DNA from: an uncultured Nitrospinota bacterium
GTDB lineage: Bacteria; Tectomicrobia; Entotheonellia; J063; CAVPRW01
Assembly (NCBI GenBank): GCA_963707985.1
Contig: CAVPRW010000034.1
Coordinates: 64,001-128,000, forward strand
DNA length: 64,000 nucleotides
Direction of reading: 5' to 3'
Shown here: one piece after another, positions 53,681 to 64,000 of the stretch
Layout of the letters: the number at the start of each line of letters is the position of its first letter
How positions within the stretch are numbered: position 1 is the first letter of the stretch
Position numbers and translations under genes: made by a program
Notes under the pieces: model-generated
Databases searched by the model: none
Told to the model about the DNA's origin: nothing
Seen by the model: only the letters and a program-made list of their open reading frames with translations

Positions 53681-54691
53681 TTAGCCCACCGTTTTCTGGA
53701 CCGACACACCAGCAGAACGGTCTTCCGTGGCATTACCGCGCCTTGTCGTTTCGTCTATCGACGGATTCGTAGCCTCCGGCCCCCGCAGGCCACTGTTTGG
53801 TCCAGGGCGGAAGCGGTGAGGTTCAACAGGTGCCGCGCTTTCAACGCGGCCTTCGGTCTTCTCGAGGATGCCTGGCACGAGTCTCTCCGAGAACCCAGCG
53901 ATGAAACACCAGATGATCAGCAGCGCCAGAGCCTTCGGCGCGTGCGTGGCGTCAAGGGTCTCTAATTTAGAGAAAGCGCCGCCACCGAGGAGGCCCGACC
54001 GTATGAAGAAGAGGAGCACGCATCCGGCACCAGCGCCGATCAGCGCCCGCGACAAGAATATGGCCCCTGGTCGCATGAGATTCAGCGCATCTGGCTCAGC
54101 CACCGTTAGCCGACTCTGCAGGCTTCCCAGCATGCTAAATGCTGCCCCCCATGTCCCCGCGAGCCCGGCTAAGATCAGCAGATGAAAGTTGTCGAAAGCG
54201 GGATTCCAGAACACCACCTAGACGGTCCACACGACCAAGAGTGCGAGCGCAAAGAACTCTACTGTTCGCCTGGTGATGTCTTGCGAGTACCGGCCCCTTA
54301 CCGCGGTAACTGTGTAGCGCCACTGAAGGTCATGGGATTTCTCATTTGTCAGCTTTTCCACCTGATCGCCATAGTATTTAGCTAGGTCAGAGCGTAGCGT
54401 CGTTTGCACTTCCAGGCACCTGACCCTAAGCTCCGTCTCCAGGGTCTCTTCATCGTAGAGGTGGACGAGCATCTGCTCGATCTCGTACGCCTCGCTCCAA
54501 CTTCGCCGTCGACGAGGCTGTTACAGCTCATTGAGGCGATGAAGCGCGTCTGGGGTGAGCCTTCCGTCGGCCGCTTGCACCCTGGCGAAGGAAGCGCGGA
54601 GGGTGATGTGGAACTGATCAGTCAGCTCTTTAATTTCGCCCTTGCCGACACTATTTGCTTGCCTGCTCCTGAGCCAGCCTCGCAGTCTCAT
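53681..54691 (-). pseudogene. Membrane protein with two in-frame stops
   Basis: GGAGG RBS and ATG at 54691; one frame throughout; TAA 54521-54523 and TAG 54218-54220; C-terminal TMs with G..GA.FS, R.LIGA and FIAGFSERLV. Confidence 0.6.
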
Positions 54692-54902
54692 AGCTTGGCC
54701 TCCTTTTGCCGCACATTGCCCATTCTAACCCGATGCGATCTTGCTTTTGTCACCTTAATGGCAGTCGAGGTCGTTTCGGGACATCATGAAGGCCGGAAGT
54801 CCCAGATTGTAACTATAGGTTGGAGAAAGCCCCTCTTTACCCTCGTAGGGTCGAGGGATAGGCTAACGTGGTAGAACGTCCAGCGTCTCCATGCCCTCAG
54901 CG

Positions 54903-55110
54903 CTAGGCAGGGAACCGATCGAGTAGTCGATCGTGGAGATCAGCGAATTCCTCCGTGCGCAGCAACTCACGTGATCGGGGCTTTGGTGCCGATACCGACC
55001 CCATATCAACGATCGTTTCCGGCCGCTTACTGAGGAGGATCAGCCGATCCGCAAGAAAGATGGCTTCTTGGATGTCATGGGTCACGAGCATGACCGCACA
55101 ACGCTGGAGG
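54903..55110 (-). pseudogene. ABC ATPase (TauB/SsuB-like) C-terminal remnant
   Basis: VMLVTHDIQEAIFLADRLILLSKRP...PKPRS. Confidence 0.7.
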
Positions 55111-55129
55111 CTCTGTTGGGGACGGGAGA

Positions 55130-56003
55130 GAACCGGCAGCAGAGGAAGGAAGTGCTGGTGGGGGTCAACACGGTCGAGCCCAAGCCCCGCTCGTCCAATG
55201 CGCTCGCGGAACTCATGGTCGATCCAGAGTCGACGCGCATCCGCCGGCAGCAGGACCACGTGACGGGCGATGCGACGAGAGGCCAGCAGGTCAGGCGTGT
55301 GGCCAGCTTGGTGCGGACGAAGTCGGAGGTGATGGAGCGCATCAAGGCCGATGTGGAGCGCCGGGATCCGCAGCACCGCCAACGCTTGGTCGTCCTGTTC
55401 GATGGCGCCCTCGGCTTGTGGCGTCTGGCGACTCCGCTCTTCAAGCCGTGGCGTCGCGGGACGTGTGTGCTGGACATCCTGCCTGTCGTCGGCGACCTCT
55501 GGAGGACGGCCAACGCGCTGTGCAGGGAACAATCCAAGGTGGGTAAGCATTGGGTGCAGCAGCAGCTGATGGAGATCCTCCGCGGCCGGGTGCGTTACGT
55601 CATCGGCGGTCTGCGACAAATGCTCACTAAGCAGCGGCTGAGGAAATCGGTGCGGGAGACACTCACGAAGGTCATCACCTGCCGCCCCAACCACCGGCGC
55701 TGGAGGCCGTACGACGCGTACCTGGCCGCGGGCGTGCCTGTCGGGACGGGCGTGGTGGAAGTCGGCCTGCGGTTGTGCTGGTCAAGCACTGAATGGAGGG
55801 CGAAGGGAGGCGCTGGAGCCTGACAGGGGCAGACGCCATCTTGACGTTGCGCTCGCTCAAGAAGAGCCACGACCATGATCGCCGTGACGACTGGCGGCTC
55901 CATCCCTGTCGGAGGTGGGTTCGCCTCTACAGTCGCCCGCCGAAATATAGGCCCGTGCCCCGATTGAGGCGTGTCGCATACCCAACTCAAAAAGGTCACG
56001 CTC
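55130..56003 (+). mobile_element. Degraded ISKra4-family transposase and probable right end
   Basis: LVVLFDGA; VLDI..V...LW; YDAYLAAG.PVGTGVVE; shifted frame MEGEGRRWS..GADAIL.LRS. Confidence 0.72.
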
Positions 56004-56124
56004 TAAGGCAACCACCAAGCATCCAAATTCGACAGGTAGGGTGAGCATCAGCATCTGTCTTCATAACAGGGTATGGCAATGGGAGCCCCCACAGGGAAAG
56101 AGTGGACAGACGGTGTAACCCTAG

Positions 56125-59100
56125 TCATCCACTCTTTTGAGACATTTTCGGCCTCTTTGGGGGTGTGGTGAGGTTGATGTCTCTGAAGTGCACGTCTTGC
56201 TCTATCTCGTCCAATACTTGTTGCAGACCTCCATCCCAGGACCACTTCTCCTTACGAAGCCGCAGGCGAGATCGCAGCGTCTCGACGAGGATATCCGTGG
56301 CGCTACGCGGTTCGGAGGCTCCGGGCTCTCGGGCGATCAGTGCCGTCGTTGGATATTTGAGGACCTCCACGGTTTGCTTGACGAATTCGTGATCGTCTTT
56401 TTCGCTCTTAAGGAGCGTCGCAATCGCAAGACCCCACGCGGCCGCTTCTTCGGCTGAACCGGTGTCTGCCAGTTGCTCGCGCGCCGTTTGCAGGGCTCTC
56501 GCGCGGGCATTGTCCCTCAGGTACGGGGCCACGGCTGCTAATGTACGGGCTAAGCCTTCCAACGCGAAGCTATAGGATTGCCTCGGCTGCTTTGATTTTT
56601 TTGGGGATGTGGTGTCCCTGATCATCTGCAGAACTGTTTCGACTATTACAGGTCCAGCGTTGCCTGCATACTCCTGGGTGACAAGTGTTGCCAGCAGTCT
56701 GCCCCGAAGCCCAAGACGCAGGTGACCGGCTAGGGTATCCGGTGGTCCTGCCGTCTCTTTCAGCGCTTGTAGAAGCGCGGTGGTGGCGGTTGTGGGGTCA
56801 TCGGCAGATGCCTCGACATCCGCGATGTGTAGCAGCCGATGCACCACATCAGTCGGCATCCCGCTGGCCAAGGCCAGCGGCGCAATCAACCGCGCGACGG
56901 CGAGGTGTGCGACCGTGACATCATCCGATTTCACTGGGGTCAGCCACTCCTTGCCTTTCTCCCTGATAAGCCATTGTTCCAATGGATTTCCAGCGGAAGC
57001 AATATCACTCTCCGCCAAGACCTCGGCTGCCTGCGCGAGAACGAGCAGCAAGTCCTTATCTGCGTCGCGTTCTATCTTCGTGGCGGCAAAAGATAGCAGC
57101 CGGGCGTACGCCCATTTTTGTTCTTGAGGCAGCAATCCGGCCATGAGGGGCGCAAGCGGCCGCGCCATCAGAGCCCTGAACTCGCTCGGCTCAGTGGATG
57201 AGTCTGTCCTGAATTCGCTCGATCGCAGAAGCAATGGGCCGACTTATCACATTCTTTAATACCTCATCAGAGCCAATCATCGCAGCAGCATTAGCAGCAT
57301 TGACGATAGTAAAGGTGTTAGAGATATCCGATGGCTCCGTAGCGCTTTTGATGCCTTCTTCTATCAAGTCCCGTGCTTTTTTTTGCGTGTCCTTTCCCAA
57401 CTCCTCACGGACACAGACAAATACCCGTAAAGAAGAACAGTTGAGAAGGCGGTAGTACAGCTTCTAGTTTGCTCACATACTCGTCTATTTTATCAATGAC
57501 TTGCTGCTTGGTCTTTGGATCGATACCTTTGCCGAGCGCCTCAACGGTGCATGCCAATGCCGCCCAGGCCCGGGAGTCGCTAGACCCGTCAGCCCCCCCC
57601 AGCAGAGCCATCAGCACAACCTTCCGCTCTTGGTCAGGCCAGCGGAGGCCGACGGCGCGAATCACGGGCTGGGGTCGGAGTCCAAATGCTGTCTTTTTGC
57701 TAAATGCTTGACGTTCAAGTTGGCTAACAAAAATAGAGCGGAATCCATTATTCTGAGTTGCAAGTTTCCAAAGAGTTGTAACGTAGTTATCGGACATGAC
57801 TGGCGAAGGCGAAAAGGCGGTCAAGGTATCCCACATTTGCCCGGCTTCTTCCCTCATTGCTGCCCTTTTTTCTCCCAAATGAACATTCCAGAGATAACCG
57901 AAGCCAAGGAGGACAACAATCCCCAAAAAGAATTTCATCCCCCATGCCATGGAATTGCGGGTCTTACTGCGCAGCAGATATTTGCGGTGGGCGGGGAATG
58001 CTGCACCGTTACCCAACAACTCCTCGCTACGCTGTGTGCCTGTTGCCTCAGAGTCCCGCTTTTGGTCCCCATCCGCGGTGAAACGCTCCGACCAGTATCT
58101 ATTCGTACCGAGGCGCTAAGAGCCGCTCGACACGCCCCAACTCGTGAGCAGGGAGGAGTCCAAACCACTGCGTGAGCCATGACGGCCAGAACTGCCGCTG
58201 CTGCCCCTCCTGCCGTCCTGCATAGTGGTCAACGAGGTGGCGATAGGCTGCGCCGGCGTCTCGGTCTTCCTCTAGCTGCTTACCCATGCGGGGCCAGTTG
58301 CGCATGAGGGATTCGTGCGAGACGTCGATTATGCCGCTCTGCCGCACCCAGAGCAGGCGGTGATCCTGGTAGAAACGGCGAATGACCGCCTCGACGTCTG
58401 CATCGGGCTTTTCCAGTCCCGCCACACGGGCAATTTCCTCCCGGTTCGTCCAGCGACGCTTGAAGTTGCCGCGGTCGTCGACTTCGCCCATGAGGCAAAA
58501 CGCGACGCGGCCGATTTCCTGCTGGTGCGTCGTCAGCTGCTCGCCATAGAGGGAGCCTGCATACAGCTCCTCCGCGACATGCTCAAGGCCGTGTCGTAAC
58601 AGCCAGCCGCCAACGCCGGCGCCGTATGCAGCCGACCGTTCCCTGACAACGTCGTCCCAACTCTCGCACCCCAGTGTCTGTGCCAGGTCTTGCAGTGTGA
58701 CCCGCGGCTCCGCCGCCTCTGACCGGGCCGCAGCTTCCTGATGCCAGCGCGCAAATGCCGTGCGCCAGAGCACGGCCAAGAGATGCTGTAACAAGGGCAG
58801 GTGATCCGGGTCGTGAGCGATTTCCTCGACAGCATCGGAGCAGCTCGGTCACGACTTGGACATCGTAGGGGCGCACATCAACCACGCCGGATGGGCGGGC
58901 CTCTGCCAGGAGCCCGGCGCGAAACATGGCAGGACGCACCGGCTCCACAATCGCCTGGCGTAGCTCCGTCTCCTTCAGGCGTCGCGTGAGATAGCCAGAG
59001 GCATTGATGACATCCGGGAGGTCAATGAACTCGGCGCACCGGTGCAGGTCGTCAGTCCGCATCGTGAGGATCAGATAGAGGCCGGGATAGTGGTCGCGCC

Positions 59101-59600
59101 CGCGCCAGGCATCGATAATAAACCCGGCAAGCGCGGCCGTTTCCGCTTTGCCTCTGTTTTCCTCGCGGAACAGCTCCTCGAATTGATCGATGAGGACGAG
59201 GAGATTGGCCTTGTCGAGCACGGCCTTGGAGAGATCCGGCCTGAGAGGGATTTCGTGTTTGAAGGCTGGCAAGAAGCCACCGAGCCCTTGACGGCCGTAC
59301 AGCACATCGCGGATCTGCTTGCGTCGCTCCCCTGAGGGCTCAGGGGCGAGCAGCCCGTCCAGAGCGTCCACGAGGTTCGCTACCGGAGCACGTCCGGGCG
59401 AACAGATGGCTACCCGCCAGAAGTCGCCGCGGCCGGGAATCATTTTCAGCCGAAGCGCCGGGATGACGCCGGCTCGCAGCGATCGACGACTTGCCGCATC
59501 CCGAGCCGCCCAGAACGACCACGCAACTGTCGCTGGCAAGCCGCTGGAGGATCTCCTCAACCTGTACATCTCGTCCCTTGAAGTAACGCGACTCTTCGCT
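56125..59600 (-). pseudogene. Large STAND-class P-loop NTPase (nSTAND1-like) with a TM segment and helical C-terminus; about five frameshifts, 5' end lost at the IS3 junction
   Basis: YFKGRD; Walker A GGSGCGKSS; LRAGVIPAL; Walker B LVLIDQFEELF; ILTMRTD; ELRQAIVEP; LPLLQH.L..LW; IDVSHESLMRNW. Confidence 0.82.
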
Positions 59601-60884
59601 CCCCATTGTCAAGACAGTTTGATGCTGAAATTAAGATAAAATTCTGTGCCGACTTGATGGGCACATGCCGGGGGTTGCGGGATCCAACACGCCCTGTCGC
59701 CCCCCGAAATACACCGTTGCTGGGGTCTGGTAGTCCAGCGCCTGATGTAAGCGCTGACAGTTATAAAAGTCGAAGTACTGCTTCAGGCCGCTGACCGCCG
59801 CTTTGGGCGTCTCGTAATCTTTCAGATAGACCTCCTCATATTTGACGGTCCGCCATAGCCGCTCGACAAAGATGTTGTCCAGGGCCCGTCCCCGACCGTC
59901 CATACTGATCTGTATCCCTGCCGCTTCCAAGCGGCTGGTAAAGTCGAGGCTCGTAAACTGCGCACCCTGATCACTGTTAAAAATCTCGGGCTGGGCTCCC
60001 TCCAAAGCCCGCTCCAAGGCCTCCACGCAAAACCCGACATCCAGCGTGAGGGACACCGCCCACGACACCACGTACCGACTGAACCAATCGAGCACCGCCA
60101 CCAAATAGATGAATCCCGAATGCAGCCGAATATAGGTGATGTCCGTACTCCAGACGTGATTCACCCGCGTGATCGCCACCCCGCGCAGCAAGTACGGATA
60201 CACCCGATGCCCCGGGGCACGCTGGCTGGTGCGCGGCTTGGGATAGATCGCCTCCAGACCCATCACCCGCATCAGGCGCGCGACGCGCTTGACATTCACG
60301 ACATGTCCCTGGGTCTGAGCCAGGCCGTCATCCGACGCACGCCGTAAAAGGGCGTCCGGGTGTACTGCTCATCCAACAAGCGCATCAGCTGCAGGTTCTC
60401 CCCAGCTCACGCCGGTCGGCTGGTAGTACCAACTGGCCCGTGGCAGCCCGACCAGCTGACACTGCCGAGCAATGCTGATCTGGGGATGCGCCGGCTCGAT
60501 CAGGCCGCGCTTGGCCTCAGGGGGCAACTCCAGCTTTTTTTTGAGCCAGTCCAACTCGACCTTGAGTTGGCCAATTTGCTGGTACAGCTGCGCCTTCAAG
60601 GCTTCCTCGGCCTGCTCCCGCTTCCCAAGCCGTGCCGCGAAGAGGCGGGGTCCCTCAGTTTGTAAATGCTTCTTCCACTGGGCGATCTGGGTCGGATGTA
60701 CCCCATATTCGCTCGCAAGCTCGTTGAGGGTCTTCTCCCCTTTGAGCGCTTCGAACGCCATGCGGGCCTTGAATTCTGCACTGTACCGCTTCCGCTGTGT
60801 CGTCATCCGCTCCTCCTCCTCTCGCCCTCCGCGACACAGCCATTCTACCTTAACTAGCCTGTCTAGTTTTCGGGGTACACTATA
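59598..60884 (-). mobile_element. IS3-family insertion sequence (orfA/orfB), frameshifted
   Basis: OrfA RKRYSAEFKA...WLKKK; OrfB WSTDITY, NSDQGAQF, DNIFVERLWRTVKYE (DDE); imperfect end repeats CTGTCT-N7-GGGG. Confidence 0.92.
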
Positions 60885-62462
60885 GTACTTGTGGTAGAGT
60901 ACATCAAAGAGATGCTCAACAAACCTTGTGAGTTCATCTGAATCATATCGGAGATCACCATCATGAGCACGAAACCGCACGACGCTCCAACCTGGGGGGA
61001 CGAATATACCCGTTGCCCTCATATAAAAAATCCCTGGGAACATCTTTTTTACTGCGACATCCTCTAGGCTTGATATAGTCCTTGTCTGCTCGTATACCGC
61101 GGCATCATCTTTATTTTCATTGATCACGATGACCACGCCATCCGGGCGCTCGGGCAGTTCTTTCTCGATCATGTTCCAGTCCGCATAACCGAATTCGATG
61201 TCAGCGGAGCAGTCGATGTGATACTCCTTTTTTTTCTCGGAGCACACCTTTTCAAAGGCTGTATGGACTATTTGCTGTGCTTTCCAGATTTTTTTCTCAT
61301 CGGTTTCTTCCCACTCGACCCAGACTCTTGCGGTAACAGACGGTGGAGATGAGGGTGCGTGTATCTCTGCGGCGAGCTCGGATGCGGTGCAGTGTCGCCT
61401 GCGTGCCTGCGGGAGCTCGTCGAGAAACTTGGCATCGTATTCGTCGAGCGGGGTGACATCATCTGGCGATCCAGTTGCTGGCGGTACCGGTTCCCACCAG
61501 AGCATCTCCAGGCCTGGCGTTGACAGATCGCTCGCCTGGTACGTATCGCACAACTGTTTCTGCAGCGCGAGATGGCCGCCCGGGGGGTCAGAACGCTTAA
61601 AGAGAGGTGGTAGGGCATCAAACGGCTGTATGAGTAACCTCGCACCGGCAAGTCGCTCGCACAGTTTGTGAGGCTCTTCGCGTAACTCGTGGTAGTCGAC
61701 GACTTCGACGCTGGTCGCGCCGAGCGCGCAGACAAGCTTGTCTCTCGCCTTCGCGAGGCGTGGCGGCACGGCTCCTACGAAGATCTTCCCAACCACTGGA
61801 CTGGGGGCACGAGGGAGTCCCCGAGGAGAAAGCGTTTTCCGGCGCTCGATGAGCTTTCTCGTGAACTCTTGCACGAGCGGATGACACTGCTCGTGGAAGG
61901 TGTCGTCGAATCGGTTGGTCGTGCTTGAACGGACAGGTAGAAGCCCCCCGTCACGCAGGAAATTTTCCTGCCGGATTGCCTTCTGCAACACATCACGGAA
62001 CGTGCTCCATAAACGGCGGCGCTGTGCCGGAAGTCGCTCCGGGTCTCCCCCCCGCAGCAGCTCAACAGCCGCTCGGTCGAGGACAATGACGTAGGTTCGC
62101 TGCAGCGCATCTTCGATGGAGCCGCCAGTTGCTTGGCGGAAGATGTCCAGTTCTAACAGGCAGTATTCCGACTTGAGATACCCTGTGCCGAGAAAGACGA
62201 AGAGAAAAGCCGATTGTCGCACCTTTTCGTCAATGACCTCGGTTAAGGGGCCATTGTGTGGAAAGCCCGTCTTGTCACGACAGACACTGAACTTCTGCAC
62301 AGCCGCATCGTCCACGGCAGGAGCGCGCCGGAGCTCTGCCTCGACCTTCTCCTTCAAATAACATTCGAAATCTCCAACCCATCCGTTATGTGCTACGTCG
62401 TCCGCATGGGCATAACTTAGAAACGCATCATAGAAACCCTTGCCCTCACTGCAGTAGCCCAT
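60885..62462 (-). CDS. TIR-domain protein with a long uncharacterised C-terminus; 3' end interrupted by IS3
   Basis: YDAFLSYAHADD...GWV..F; YLKSEYCLLEL (catalytic-type Glu); RBS before ATG 62462. Confidence 0.82.
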
Positions 62463-62539
62463 TCCTCTGCTCCCCGAGAGTACAGGAAAATCAAACGGCC
62501 TTTTCCACCGCCCGCGTTCGCCCAGCTGATGCGACCCTG

Positions 62540-62943
62540 AGTAGCAGAAAGTCAATCTTCTGGCCCTGCTGATTGACGGCCCGATACAGATAGCGCCACT
62601 CCCCCTTAACCTTGATAGAGGTCTCGTCCATCCGCCCACTGACCCACACCGGGCGCTTACGGCGATGAAAGGCTTCTTCTAAGTGGGGACTGTAGTTCAC
62701 GACCCAGCGCTGGATCATGGCATGGTCGATCGGCACCCCGTGCTCCTCCATCAGTTCTTCAGCATGCCGATAGCTCAAGGGATACGCTACATACCAGCGC
62801 ACGCCCATGAGTAATGATATCTTGTGGGAAATGGGCTCCCTTGAAGCTCACCGCCATCGTCTCGCTTCCTCCCAGAGCGCCCGAAGTCACCGCGAGGGAT
62901 CACACCCTCTAAATCGACTCCAATGAACACTTGCGACAGAACC
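62540..62943 (-). mobile_element. IS6-family remnant (left end and transposase N-terminus)
   Basis: End repeat GGTTCTGTCGCAAG at 62943; FKGAHFP.DII / VRWY.AYPLSYR...IQRWV...RMDETSIKVKGEWRYLYRAV...IDFLL; frameshifted and truncated. Confidence 0.85.
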
Positions 62944-63564
62944 GTCCATAGTCCATAGCACGGCCTTTTTGTGTTCTCAAAGCCCTTTGATCCTCTGATG
63001 AAAATCCCCTCCTCGGGCACGTAACCGACCAACGCCGAGATGATCGCTCTCAGGTCGTGGGCCTCTGGGCCGCTCTCTGAGCGGTGGGGGAGCACACCAC
63101 ATCGGAGCTGATGTGGCCCTTCCCTTCTGGCTGGCTCGATTGGTGCCCAGTGAACCATTCGGGTCATACGACTCTCAAGAGGATGCCGAGCCTCCAAGCC
63201 ACCTTGCTCATCCCGTGCTGAAAAGCAGTCAACTCGGATGGCGCCTCCCTGTCCGCATCACCCACTCGGCAGTTCATCGCCTTGTATCATGTCCATGCAA
63301 AGGCATGCAACATCAAAAGTTTACCCTATGTTTTTGTGCTTGTAGACAGGCGTTGCGCCCGCCCCATCGGCGGCAGAAATGCTCATGCTGGCTCTCCCGC
63401 AGACCGCTGACACGAAGCATCGTCGCGCCTCCGGCCGCAGCAGCGAACAGATCTGGCCGGAAAACCAGGCTACGCAGTTGTTGCCGCTACCGCAGCTCAG
63501 GGCACGCGGGAGAGCATACCCCTGTTTAATGCCGCATGGCCTTCAGCTGTGAGATTGGCAGCCA

Positions 63565-64000
63565 TCAGGACCGTTTGGTTGCGTAGAACCCGAAGGGCAT
63601 GTTGCCCCACCACGTAGTCCCGGCGAGCGCATTGCGCTGGTGCGTAAACAGATACCCCTGGAAGCGCTGATCGTCTCCCCGCTCTGGCGTATCACCAAAG
63701 TCAATGTAGAACACGATTTGGTGGTCGGGACCCCAGTCCTCTGCCAACGGATAGGCCCAGGTCCGGACATGGCCGCGCACCCGGTGCGATTTCCCATCCT
63801 GGCCCGTGTAGGTCCCCGTCAGGTTGGGCATCTGCTCGATCCAGGCATCGCCCGCGGCTTCGAGGACGAGCGTGCCGCGCCAGTTGTCATGCACCATGTC
63901 ATATGTGCCCAGAAAGTCGCGCTTCTGGAACCGTGACACCCTGCTCAACCGCAGGGATGGATCGCCGAAGAGGTGGAATTTCCAGGGCTGATGCACTTCA
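63565..64000 (-). CDS. C-terminal part of a possible C25 (gingipain-like) peptidase fused to a small beta-rich domain (partial)
   Basis: Frame open to the window edge; [12 protein letters not shown] resembles the C25 C-terminal LxGDP motif. Confidence 0.45.
   Translation of the reverse strand, partial: EVHQPWKFHLFGDPSLRLSRVSRFQKRDFLGTYDMVHDNWRGTLVLEAAGDAWIEQMPNLTGTYTGQDGKSHRVRGHVRTWAYPLAEDWGPDHQIVFYIDFGDTPERGDDQRFQGYLFTHQRNALAGTTWWGNMPFGFYATKRS

Noticed and set aside
53655..53690. attC-like site (GGCTAAA...GTTAGGC then ATG, minus strand)
   Set aside because: Far too short for an attC, no L boxes, no integron integrase and no repeated array
60369..62639. 756-aa ORF as a natural TIR-transposase protein
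   Set aside because: It is a composite of IS6 off-frame sequence, the TIR gene and IS3 OrfA, created by insertion
62960..63260. Possible structured RNA, IS110 non-coding end or group II intron remnant
   Set aside because: No diagnostic motif that I can verify by eye and no associated recombinase or reverse transcriptase
1..64000. CRISPR array, tRNA or rRNA genes
   Set aside because: No regularly spaced direct repeats or recognisable RNA gene signatures seen by eye; an Infernal/tRNAscan run would be needed to exclude them

Overview
Bacterial chromosomal window. 1-12 kb is an intact S10(3' part)-spc-alpha ribosomal protein superoperon (rplV end to rplQ, with secY, adk, map, infA, rpoA). The remaining 52 kb is accessory DNA. 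(i) 14.3-18.5 kb, minus strand: a four-gene cassette of lexA, an inactivated RadA/RecA-like gene, a small helical protein and an archaeal-type PolB2 DNA polymerase. A perfect 25-bp palindrome covers the spacer of its sigma70 promoter. This candidate SOS mutasome with its own operator is the best lead in the window. (ii) 18.7-50 kb: a stress/redox island with two sigma54 two-component modules, an Hsp70-like protein, CorC/HlyC, an S53 peptidase, TauE, cytochromes c, CBS, acsA-pdhABC-ACP, cbpA/cbpM, a DksA-like gene and a nucleotidyltransferase. Nine -24/-12 promoters recur here, most with a shared TGGGRCA-N3-TGYCCCA upstream palindrome, suggesting one regulon. (iii) 44.6-56 kb: a mosaic of gene remnants, including a split comM. 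(iv) 56-64 kb: a TIR + STAND-NTPase conflict-type locus broken by IS3, flanked by IS6 and ISKra4 remnants. All family assignments come from motif recognition by eye; no searches were run. Several single-base frameshifts could be assembly errors.
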